Shown here one piece after another: positions 7,624-14,917 of a stretch of DNA of 14,917 nucleotides. A model generated the notes under the pieces. That model did no database searches and was not told where the DNA came from. It worked only from the letters and a program-made list of their open reading frames with translations. Position 1 is the first letter of the stretch; each line of letters begins with the position of its first letter. Origin of the DNA: Atribacterota bacterium (GTDB lineage: Bacteria; Atribacterota; Phoenicimicrobiia; Phoenicimicrobiales; Phoenicimicrobiaceae); the NCBI GenBank assembly GCA_038203565.1, contig JBBRDV010000032.1, positions 1-14,917 of the forward strand, written 5' to 3'. The translations under genes and the position numbers were made by a program.

Positions 7624-8847
7624 ATGAAGAAATATTTTATGGATTTGCATGTGCACATTGGCAGAAGCAAAAGTGGAGCTCCTATAAAAATAACTGCTTC
7701 TAGAGATTTGACTTTTGCCAACATTGCCCGAGAATGTAAATATAGAAAAGGGATTGACATTGTAGGTATCGTTGATTGCGCTTCACCAGAAGTAATTGAT
7801 GATATTTCCCAGTTAATTAACAGCGGAGAAATGAAACCTTTAAAAGAAGGTGGCTTAATTTATCAGGACAAAGTCACTATTATTTTGGGCTCAGAAATTG
7901 AAACCAAAGAAAAAGGTGGAGGATATTCCCATCAAATAGCCTATTTCCCCTATTTTGAAGATATAAAAGAATTTAGCAAGGCATTATCTCTACTGGTTAC
8001 TAATGTGAGTTTAAGCAGTCAAAATTGTAAAATTAGTGCCCAGGAAGCATTTCAAATTATAAACCGGATTGGAGGGATTTTAATTCCCGCCCATGCCTTT
8101 ACTCCCCATAAAAGTGTTTATGGGAATTGTGTCAGAAGATTACCGGAGATGTTTAGCAGAGCTACTTTAAAAAAGATCCCAGCCATAGAATTGGGATTAA
8201 GTGCTGATACAGAAATTGCAGATCATTTGAAAGAATTGGCCGAATATACCTTTTTAACTAATTCCGATGCACACTCCTTGCCTAAGATTGGCCGAGAATA
8301 TAATATAATTGAACTGGAGAAGGTAAATTTTAAAGAGATACTTTTAGCCTTACAGAGAAAAGAAGGAAGAAAAGTATCCGCCAACTACGGTCTTGACCCA
8401 AAACTGGGTAAATATCATCGGACTTTTTGTGAAGTATGTAATTGCATTGCAACCAGCAATCCTCCAGTTTATAAGTGTAAAAAATGCGGGAGTGACAAAA
8501 TAGTAAAAGGCGTTTTTGATCGGATTGTGGAAATCGGAGATTACCAGCAGTCTATTTCTCCTTCTCATCGTCCGCCTTATTATCACCAGGTTCCTTTAGA
8601 ATTTGTACCCGGTGTAGGTAAAAAAACCCTGAATAAATTGTTTGATTACTTTGGAACTGAAATGAATATACTACACCAAGCTGCTTATCAGGAAATTAGC
8701 CAGGTAGTAGGATTCGAAATTGCTAAGAATATAATTTTAGCCAGAAAGGGACTTTTAAAATTAAGTCCGGGTGGCGGCGGAAAGTATGGAAAGGTCAAAA
8801 AGAAAGAAAATATTTTCAGAGAAGAAAATTTACAGCTAAATTTTTAG
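7624..8847 (+). CDS. Endonuclease Q family (YqxK / TIGR00375-type PHP domain plus C4 zinc finger)
   Basis: PHP motifs DLHVH, GSEIE, PAHAFTP, ELGLSAD and NSDAHS; GKYHRT followed by CEVC...CKKC; GVFDRI; an HhH-like PGVG; and GGGGKYG. Lies downstream of nudF, as in Bacillus nudF-yqxK. Confidence 0.87.
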   Translation: MKKYFMDLHVHIGRSKSGAPIKITASRDLTFANIARECKYRKGIDIVGIVDCASPEVIDDISQLINSGEMKPLKEGGLIYQDKVTIILGSEIETKEKGGGYSHQIAYFPYFEDIKEFSKALSLLVTNVSLSSQNCKISAQEAFQIINRIGGILIPAHAFTPHKSVYGNCVRRLPEMFSRATLKKIPAIELGLSADTEIADHLKELAEYTFLTNSDAHSLPKIGREYNIIELEKVNFKEILLALQRKEGRKVSANYGLDPKLGKYHRTFCEVCNCIATSNPPVYKCKKCGSDKIVKGVFDRIVEIGDYQQSISPSHRPPYYHQVPLEFVPGVGKKTLNKLFDYFGTEMNILHQAAYQEISQVVGFEIAKNIILARKGLLKLSPGGGGKYGKVKKKENIFREENLQLNF

Positions 8848-8896
8848 GTTTACTTTCTGATTTTCTCCCAAAAAATATAAAGCAAGTTATTTTAGA

Positions 8897-8937
8897 CTAG
8901 TTGATTTATATTAAAAATAATCAACTAGCATTTTTTT
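8897..8937 (+). terminator. Probable intrinsic terminator ending the ptb...endoQ run
   Basis: 10-bp stem CTAGTTGATT (8897-8906) / AATCAACTAG (8919-8928) with a 12-nt loop, followed by CA and T7 (8931-8937). Confidence 0.6.
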
Positions 8938-8956
8938 AAAATATTTTTATAAAAAA

Positions 8957-8985
8957 AGAGGAAAACGAAAACTTTTGTAGAATAT
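8957..8985 (+). promoter_or_regulatory. SigmaH (Spo0H)-type promoter upstream of dnaG-rpoD
   Basis: AGAGGAAAA (8957-8965), 11 nt, then GTAGAATAT (8977-8985). This matches the Bacillus/Clostridium sigmaH consensus RNAGGAWWW-N11/12-RNNGAATWW. Confidence 0.55.
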
Positions 8986-9075
8986 ATTAATACGAAGATA
9001 AATTTAGGAGTTTTAAAAAAAAGAAAATGTTTCATTGATTACACATAACCATAATAATATGTAGGTGATTTATAT

Positions 9076-10851
9076 TTGAGATTTTCATCTGATTTACTGG
9101 AAGAAATAAGGAATCGTTGCGATATTGTAGATATTATTTCAGAGTATGTACACTTAAAGCCAGCAGGAAAAGGATTTAAAGGTTTATGTCCTTTTCATGG
9201 AGAGAAGACCCCTTCTTTTATGGTTAGCCCTGAAAAACAGTTATTTCATTGTTTTGGATGTGGAGAAGGGGGTAATGTTTTTAATTTTCTTATGAAATAT
9301 GAGAAATTTAGCTTTTTTGAAGCAGTGGAGATGTTAGCTAAAAAATCAGGCGTATCTCTCCCCGTAGATAAAGAAAAAGAAAATTTACTTTACATGAAAA
9401 AAGAAAGGTTATATAAATTAAACAATCTGGCTGTAAATTACTACCGAGAATGCCTATTTAGGACTAATCAAGGAAAAAAAATAATAAATTATTTAAAAAA
9501 AAGAGGAATTAACGATACTAGTGTCGAAAAGTATAGATTAGGTTATGCTCCTCCCGGTTGGGATGCATTAACTAACTTTTTAAAGAAAAAAGGATATACA
9601 TACGAAGAGCTAATCAAAGCCGGACTAATAAAAAAGAGCAAAATAGAAGAGAAATATATTGACTATTTCAGAGACAGGATAATTTTTCCTATCTTTCACT
9701 TATCAGGGAGGGTAATAGGTTTTGGAGGCAGGGTTTTAGATGACTCTTTGCCCAAGTATATAAATTCTCCGGAAACCTTGGTTTATAACAAAGGGAGTAA
9801 TTTATACAATTTAAACTTTGCCAAGGAAGATATCCGAAAAAAGAATTATATAATTGTTGTAGAAGGTTATACCGATGTTTTAATAACTCAACAATACGAA
9901 TTTAATAATGTAGCCGCATCTCTGGGAACAGCTTTAACTACTAAACAGATAGACTTAATAAAACGGTTTACCGATACGGTTTTAATTGCTTATGATGCAG
10001 ATTCTGCCGGTAATATGGCGACCTTAAGAAGTTTGGATTTGCTGGTAGAAGCTGGTCTTGGAATTAAAGTATTAGCCTTACCTCAGGGTTATGACCCAGC
10101 TGATTTTTTAATAAAAAAAGGAATAGAGCCTTTTCAAAATTTAATTGATAGGTCGCTTTCCTTAATAGATTATAAGTTAAAACTTTTATATTCTAATTAT
10201 AGTGTTAAAACTATAGAAGGAAAAGTAAAAGTTATTGAAGGAATTTTACCTACCTTGAGCGTAATAGGTAATGAGGTTGAGCTGAGAGCTCAGACAAAAA
10301 AAATATCTGAAGAATTAAAATTATCCGAAGAAGCGATTTTAATCGAACTAAAAAAATATAAAAGAGGATTAAAAGATTTCTCCCACAATTTTATTAAATT
10401 AAATTCTGAGTCTGGGAATATTAAAGCGGAAAAAATTCTCATCGGATGTATGCTGGAAAATGAACAAATTGCCCAAGATATTTTAAAAAAATTGAAAGCA
10501 AAAGATTTTTCAGTTCCGTTACATCATCAAATTGTAACAGCCATTGAAAAAAAATTAAAAGATGATAAAGCAGTAAATTCTCAAAAAGTTATTGACTGCT
10601 TAAACGATGATGAGGCAACAAAATTAATTTCTAAGATTTTAATGGAAGAAACTATCACTTTTGACGAGAAGATAATCTCCGGATATATAGATACTATAAA
10701 TAATTTTAAGTTGGCTCAAGAGAGAAAAAATCTCGAAAAAAGGGCAAAAATTCTCGATGAAAAGATAAAAAAATCTGAAAAGATAGAAGAAGATGATTTA
10801 ACAGAATTACGGGAAATTGTTCGGCAACTAAAAAGTCAAAATATTAATTAA
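9076..10851 (+). CDS. dnaG: DNA primase
   Basis: CHC2 Zn finger CPFH..TPSF...CFGC, FRDRIIFPI, FGGR, KYINSPET, TOPRIM motifs EGYTD and YDAD, and DPA. TTG start with SD AGGTGA. Confidence 0.97.
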   Translation: MRFSSDLLEEIRNRCDIVDIISEYVHLKPAGKGFKGLCPFHGEKTPSFMVSPEKQLFHCFGCGEGGNVFNFLMKYEKFSFFEAVEMLAKKSGVSLPVDKEKENLLYMKKERLYKLNNLAVNYYRECLFRTNQGKKIINYLKKRGINDTSVEKYRLGYAPPGWDALTNFLKKKGYTYEELIKAGLIKKSKIEEKYIDYFRDRIIFPIFHLSGRVIGFGGRVLDDSLPKYINSPETLVYNKGSNLYNLNFAKEDIRKKNYIIVVEGYTDVLITQQYEFNNVAASLGTALTTKQIDLIKRFTDTVLIAYDADSAGNMATLRSLDLLVEAGLGIKVLALPQGYDPADFLIKKGIEPFQNLIDRSLSLIDYKLKLLYSNYSVKTIEGKVKVIEGILPTLSVIGNEVELRAQTKKISEELKLSEEAILIELKKYKRGLKDFSHNFIKLNSESGNIKAEKILIGCMLENEQIAQDILKKLKAKDFSVPLHHQIVTAIEKKLKDDKAVNSQKVIDCLNDDEATKLISKILMEETITFDEKIISGYIDTINNFKLAQERKNLEKRAKILDEKIKKSEKIEEDDLTELREIVRQLKSQNIN

Positions 10852-10911
10852 TATTTTATATTTATAATTTATACAAATATAATATTTACTGTTAAGAAGG
10901 AAGGCTTGATA

Positions 10912-12018
10912 ATGGGGAAAAAGAAAATAATCGAAGAATTAATTAAAGAAGGTAAAGAGCAAGGCTACTTAACTTACAAAGAATTAGAGAAATATTTAGC
11001 AGATGATATTTTAGATCTGAGTAAAGTAGAAGATTTATATGATATTCTAAGTGAATCTGGAATTGATTTAGTTGAGAGCGAGGAAGAGGGTAATTTGTTA
11101 GCCAAGGATAAAAATGTTGAAGAGAAAAACAAAAAACTCCACTCCTCTAAAGCTAAATTGGATTTAGAAATAGAATTGGCGAAACAATTAGAATTAGATG
11201 ATCCCGTAAAAATGTACTTAAAGGAAATAGGGCAGATAAGATTATTAACTGGCAAACAAGAGGTAGAATTGGCTAAAAGAATGCAAAAAGGAGAGCACGA
11301 AGCCAAGAAAAAATTAGTAGAATCAAATTTAAGATTAGTAGTAAGTATTGCCAAAAGATATGTGGGTAGAGGAATGCTATTTTTAGATTTAATTCAGGAA
11401 GGTAATATGGGTTTAATCCGGGCAGTAGAGAAGTTTGACTACAAAAAGGGATATAAATTTAGTACCTATGCTACTTGGTGGATAAGACAGGCAATTACCA
11501 GAGCTATAGCAGATCAAGCCAGGACTATTCGCGTTCCTGTTCATATGGTGGAGACTATTAACAAATTAATAAGGGTGTCACGCCATCTTTTGCAGGAATT
11601 AGGACGAGAACCGACCGTTAAGGAAATAGCTGAAAATATGGAAATTACTGAAGACAAAGTAAGGGAGATATTAAAAACTGCCCAGGAGCCTGTTTCCTTA
11701 GAAACTCCAATCGGGAAAGAAGAAGACAGTCACTTAGGAGATTTTATAGAAGATAAAGATTCCCCCGCTCCTCCTAAAATTGCTACTTATACTCTTTTGA
11801 AAGAGCAATTAGACGATGTCTTAGAGACTTTGACTTACCGAGAGAAGAGAGTGTTGGAATTGAGATTTGGAATTGCCACCGGTCATCCTCATACTTTAGA
11901 AGAAGTTGGTAAAGAGTTCGGAGTAACCAGAGAAAGAATTCGTCAAATCGAAGCCAAGGCATTAAGAAAATTAAGACATCCTAGCAGAAGTAAAAAATTA
12001 AAAGATTATTTAGAATAA
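10912..12018 (+). CDS. rpoD: Primary RNA polymerase sigma factor (SigA type, no non-conserved region insert)
   Basis: Region 1.1, [42 protein letters not shown] and [13 protein letters not shown] 10912 is preferred over TTG 10906 because of SD AAGGAAGG at 10897-10904. Confidence 0.97.
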   Translation: MGKKKIIEELIKEGKEQGYLTYKELEKYLADDILDLSKVEDLYDILSESGIDLVESEEEGNLLAKDKNVEEKNKKLHSSKAKLDLEIELAKQLELDDPVKMYLKEIGQIRLLTGKQEVELAKRMQKGEHEAKKKLVESNLRLVVSIAKRYVGRGMLFLDLIQEGNMGLIRAVEKFDYKKGYKFSTYATWWIRQAITRAIADQARTIRVPVHMVETINKLIRVSRHLLQELGREPTVKEIAENMEITEDKVREILKTAQEPVSLETPIGKEEDSHLGDFIEDKDSPAPPKIATYTLLKEQLDDVLETLTYREKRVLELRFGIATGHPHTLEEVGKEFGVTRERIRQIEAKALRKLRHPSRSKKLKDYLE

Positions 12019-12034
12019 AAATTAAATAAAAATA

Positions 12035-12063
12035 TTGACTGAAAATGATTTTTTAAGTATAAT
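12035..12063 (+). promoter_or_regulatory. Sigma70/SigA promoter for tRNA-Asn
   Basis: TTGACT (12035-12040), 17 nt, then TATAAT (12058-12063). An A-rich UP-like tract lies upstream, and the tRNA starts 14 nt after the -10 box. Confidence 0.85.
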
Positions 12064-12076
12064 TACATGGAAATAT

Positions 12077-12148
12077 TCCTCGGTAGCTCAACGGTGGAGC
12101 ATCCGGCTGTTAACCGGAGGGTTGTAGGTTCGAATCCTACCCGAGGAG
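12077..12148 (+). tRNA. tRNA-Asn (GTT), CCA not encoded
   Basis: Acceptor stem TCCTCGG/CCGAGGA with G discriminator, D-arm GCTC/GAGC, anticodon stem TCCGG/CCGGA with loop CTGTTAA (GTT at 12109-12111), and T-arm GTAGG-TTCGAAT-CCTAC. Confidence 0.97.
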
Positions 12149-12161
12149 CTTGCTAATTTCC

Positions 12162-12198
12162 AGCCCTTTAGCTTTTGCTGAAGGGCTTTTATTTTTTT
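12162..12198 (+). terminator. Rho-independent terminator after tRNA-Asn
   Basis: Stem AGCCCTTTAGC / GCTGAAGGGCT (11 bp, one G-U pair) with a TTTT loop, followed by TTTATTTTTTT. Confidence 0.9.
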
Positions 12199-12328
12199 AT
12201 AAATTATATTAAAAAAATGATTTTTATATAGATTTGCATTATAATTATAATAAAAAGCAGATTAAAAGAAAGATAAGTGATAAGTAGATAAGAATGAATT
12301 TAGAAATATTATTATTAAGGAGGACGTT

Positions 12329-13024
12329 ATGCCTAAAAAAATTATTTTGATTATTATTGCAGTTCTATTTATGGTTTTAATACCAGCATATTCCCAAGAT
12401 TATAGTCCAGAAATAAATCCTTTAGATTTTACGGACAAGATTGACAATCCTTATTTTTCTCTGACGCCGGGAACTACTTTTAGTTACCAGGGCGAAACCG
12501 ATGAAGGGACTGAAGTGATTAAAGTAATGGTGACAGATCAAACAAAGAGAGTCATGGGTGTAACCACTCTGGTTGTTTGGGACAGGGTATGGCTTGATGA
12601 TGAGTTAATAGAGGAAACTTACGATTGGTATGCTCAAGACCAGGAAGGTAATGTCTGGTATTTCGGAGAAGATTCAAAGGAATATAAAAATGGAAAAGTG
12701 GTCAGTACAGAAGGTTCATGGGAAGGCGGAGTGGATGGTGCTATGCCCGGTATTATCATGAAGAACAAACTAATCGTTGGTGATTCCTACCGTCAAGAAT
12801 ATTACCAGGGTGAAGCGGAAGATTGGGCTGAAATTGTCAGCTTGAACGAAAAAGTAGTCGTGCCATATGGTTCATTTGAAAATTGTATAAAAACCAAAGA
12901 TTGGTCAGCTCTTGAACCCGATGCTATTGAGTACAAATACTATTCTCCATCGGTTAAATATGTTGTTTTAGAAACTAACGCTGATAATACAGAAAGAGTT
13001 GAATTAATGAATATTAAAAAGTAA
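12329..13024 (+). CDS. Secreted acidic beta-rich protein of unknown function
   Basis: Sec-type signal peptide MPKKIILIIIAVLFMVLIPAYS|QD and SD AAGGAGG at 12317-12323. The mature part is rich in Asp/Glu/Trp/Tyr, with conserved-looking motifs IDNPYF, DWYAQD..GNVWYFGE, SWEGGVDGA.PG, YRQEYY and VPYG.F. Confidence 0.8.
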   Translation: MPKKIILIIIAVLFMVLIPAYSQDYSPEINPLDFTDKIDNPYFSLTPGTTFSYQGETDEGTEVIKVMVTDQTKRVMGVTTLVVWDRVWLDDELIEETYDWYAQDQEGNVWYFGEDSKEYKNGKVVSTEGSWEGGVDGAMPGIIMKNKLIVGDSYRQEYYQGEAEDWAEIVSLNEKVVVPYGSFENCIKTKDWSALEPDAIEYKYYSPSVKYVVLETNADNTERVELMNIKK

Positions 13025-13091
13025 AAATGATATAAATATGTATTAAAAGTTCAAATCAAAAAGAGAATACTTAATTTCTAAATATAATAAG

Positions 13092-13760
13092 TTAAAATGA
13101 TTTTGCTTTGTAAAAATGTTTTATGTTTTTACCATTGACTGCATAAACTACTTCTTCAGTTATATCAGTAGATAAATCAGCTATTCTCTCTAAATGTCGC
13201 CCTACCAGGATTAAGGCGATAGCTCTTTTTATGGTTTTAGGATCTTCTATCATATAAGTTAAAAGCTCCCTAAATGTTTGATCATTTAAATCATCTACCA
13301 TATTTTCTGCTTTCCATAATTCTTCAATTGAAGAAATATCATTATTAATGAGAAAACCTATGGAATTTTTTACCATCTCTTGGGATAATTTTGCCATTCG
13401 AGGTATATCAATGAGAGGTTTAAGCAGCGGTTGGGTGATGAGCTCTAAAGATCTTTCGGCAATATTCACAGCTTGATCACCTATTCTCTCTAAATGAGCA
13501 GATATTTTCATAGCAGAGGTGATAAATCTCAGATCATTAGCCATCGGTTGTTTTAAGGCTAATAGTTTGAGGGATAGATTATTAATCTCAACCTCAAGAA
13601 GGTCAATTTGGGTATCTTCTTCAATGACTTTCTGGGCAAAAGCAGAATCTATTTCTACTAAAGACTTAATAGCTTTCGCAATAGATTCTTCAGCTAAAGA
13701 AGCCATTTTTAGTAGCTTTTCTTTTAAAAAATTTAATTCGTGATCCAACTGTCTTTCCAT
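13092..13760 (-). CDS. phoU: Phosphate transport system regulatory protein PhoU
   Basis: Two PhoU repeats (QPMANDLR...HLERIGDQAVNIAE and HLERIAD). SD AAGGAG. Follows pstB. Confidence 0.95.
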   Translation of the reverse strand: MERQLDHELNFLKEKLLKMASLAEESIAKAIKSLVEIDSAFAQKVIEEDTQIDLLEVEINNLSLKLLALKQPMANDLRFITSAMKISAHLERIGDQAVNIAERSLELITQPLLKPLIDIPRMAKLSQEMVKNSIGFLINNDISSIEELWKAENMVDDLNDQTFRELLTYMIEDPKTIKRAIALILVGRHLERIADLSTDITEEVVYAVNGKNIKHFYKAKSF

Positions 13761-13787
13761 TTTATATTTCTCCTTATAATAATTTTT

Positions 13788-14573
13788 CTATCCAAATCTT
13801 CCGGTAATATAATCTTCGGTAATTTTCTGAGTGGGAGTAGTAAATATCTTTTCGGTGATACCAAATTCAACTAATTCACCCAACATTAAAAAGGCAGTAT
13901 AATCTGATGCTCTTGCGGCCTGCTGCATATTATGGGTAACAATAACTATGGTATATTTTTCTTTTAATTCTTGAATTAATTCTTCAATCTTAGCGGTAGC
14001 AATAGGGTCTAAGGCAGAGCAGGGTTCATCGAAAAGGATCACTTCCGGTTGAACTGCCAAAGCTCTGGCAATGCATAGACGTTGCTGCTGGCCACCAGAT
14101 AAATCCAAGGCGGAAGAATTTAAGCGATCTTTAACTTCTTTCCACAAAGCAGCATCTCTTAAGGCAACTTCTACTCTTTCCCTTGTTTCTTCTTTATTAA
14201 CTGTTAAATTATTAATTTTTAGTCCATAGGCAATATTTTCAAAGATCGATTTGGGAAAGGGATTGGGTCTTTGAAAGACCATTCCTATTTTTCTTCTGAT
14301 TTCCACTACATCGATATCATCATCATAGATATTTTTCTGATCAAATAAGATATCTCCCTCTATCTTTGTCCCTAAAATAATGTCATTCATTCGGTTAAGA
14401 GTACGGATAAAAGTAGTTTTGCCACACCCCGAGGGACCTATAATAGCTGTGATGGCATTGCTTTTTATATCAAGATTTATATCTTTCAGTACTTGATTTT
14501 TTCCATAGTAAAAATTTAAATTTTTGATCTGCATCTTTATTTCATTTTTATCATCTAACACTTTTTCTACCAT
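13788..14573 (-). CDS. pstB: Phosphate ABC transporter ATP-binding protein
   Basis: Walker [18 protein letters not shown], signature [28 protein letters not shown] and C-terminal YITGRFG. Confidence 0.96.
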   Translation of the reverse strand: MVEKVLDDKNEIKMQIKNLNFYYGKNQVLKDINLDIKSNAITAIIGPSGCGKTTFIRTLNRMNDIILGTKIEGDILFDQKNIYDDDIDVVEIRRKIGMVFQRPNPFPKSIFENIAYGLKINNLTVNKEETRERVEVALRDAALWKEVKDRLNSSALDLSGGQQQRLCIARALAVQPEVILFDEPCSALDPIATAKIEELIQELKEKYTIVIVTHNMQQAARASDYTAFLMLGELVEFGITEKIFTTPTQKITEDYITGRFG

Positions 14574-14917
14574 TTTTTGCTCCTTCTGAATCGATTACGC
14601 AAAATAACTGCAATTAAATTTAAACCCAAAACTAAAAGGACTAAAACCAAAGCCGTTCCATAGGCAATAGGAACTTGAGAATCAGGATGGGTCCCTTCGG
14701 TCATTAAAGCATAAATATGATAAGGTAAAGCTTGTACTTCACTAAGGATAGATTTTGGAAGACGCATACTATAAAAGGTGACTGCCGTGAAAAGAATAGG
14801 GGCGGTTTCCCCGGCTGCTCTCCCAATAGAAAGGATTGCTCCGGTCAAAATACCGGAAAATGAATTCGGAAGAACAATTTTTTGAATCGTCTGCCACTTA
14901 GTAGCTCCCAAGGCTAA
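14567..14917 (-). CDS. pstA: Phosphate ABC transporter permease PstA, C-terminal part; 5' end outside window
   Basis: The frame is open to the window edge ([11 protein letters not shown]...). It contains the EAA-loop remainder, GRAAGETAP and a final TM helix, and overlaps the pstB start by 7 nt. Confidence 0.9.
   Translation of the reverse strand, partial: LALGATKWQTIQKIVLPNSFSGILTGAILSIGRAAGETAPILFTAVTFYSMRLPKSILSEVQALPYHIYALMTEGTHPDSQVPIAYGTALVLVLLVLGLNLIAVILRNRFRRSKKW

Noticed and set aside
7539..7760. 73-aa hydrophobic minus-strand ORF
   Set aside because: It overlaps both nudF and endoQ in antisense, and its hydrophobicity reflects the A-rich sense strand.
8350..8586. 78-aa minus-strand ORF
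   Set aside because: Antisense shadow of endoQ.
9035..9063. TTGATT as a SigA -35 before dnaG
   Set aside because: The hexamer at 17-nt spacing is TATGTA, a poor -10, and it abuts the SD.
10852..10890. AT-only inverted repeat and TTTATA-17-TATAAT between dnaG and rpoD
   Set aside because: It could be an internal rpoD promoter, but the tract is almost entirely A/T, so such matches are expected by chance.
10974..11354. 126-aa minus-strand ORF
   Set aside because: Antisense shadow of rpoD with Ser/Phe/Leu-biased composition.
12077..13091. Genomic island integrated at tRNA-Asn
   Set aside because: I saw no integrase and no duplicated tRNA 3' end (att site) downstream, and the tRNA terminator is intact.
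13025..13091. Bidirectional terminator between the convergent secreted-protein gene and phoU
   Set aside because: No convincing stem-loop is visible in this AT-rich gap.
13519..13743. 74-aa plus-strand ORF
   Set aside because: Antisense shadow of phoU.

Overview
This is a low-GC, core-genome-like window from an anaerobic bacterium with Firmicutes-like gene content. Atribacterota or a deep Firmicute is my inference and is not provable from this window. The + strand carries an amino-acid/2-oxoacid fermentation cluster: a partial PLP aminotransferase, ptb, buk, an uncharacterised P-loop NTPase, a four-subunit VOR-type 2-oxoacid:ferredoxin oxidoreductase and an M20 PepT-like peptidase. These are followed by a NudF-type Nudix hydrolase, an EndoQ/YqxK PHP-Zn-finger nuclease, dnaG, rpoD/sigA, tRNA-Asn(GTT) with its own promoter and terminator, and a secreted protein of unknown function. 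The end of a pstA-pstB-phoU operon converges on the - strand. The main unexplained signals are: (1) a GTAG-type REP doublet (REPIN-like) sitting among three different degenerate short tandem repeats in the 293-516 spacer; (2) the orphan P-loop NTPase coupled to buk inside the ptb-buk-vor operon; (3) a possible beta-clamp-binding motif at the EndoQ C-terminus; (4) a consensus sigmaH-type promoter before dnaG. I saw no CRISPR array, integrase or transposase.
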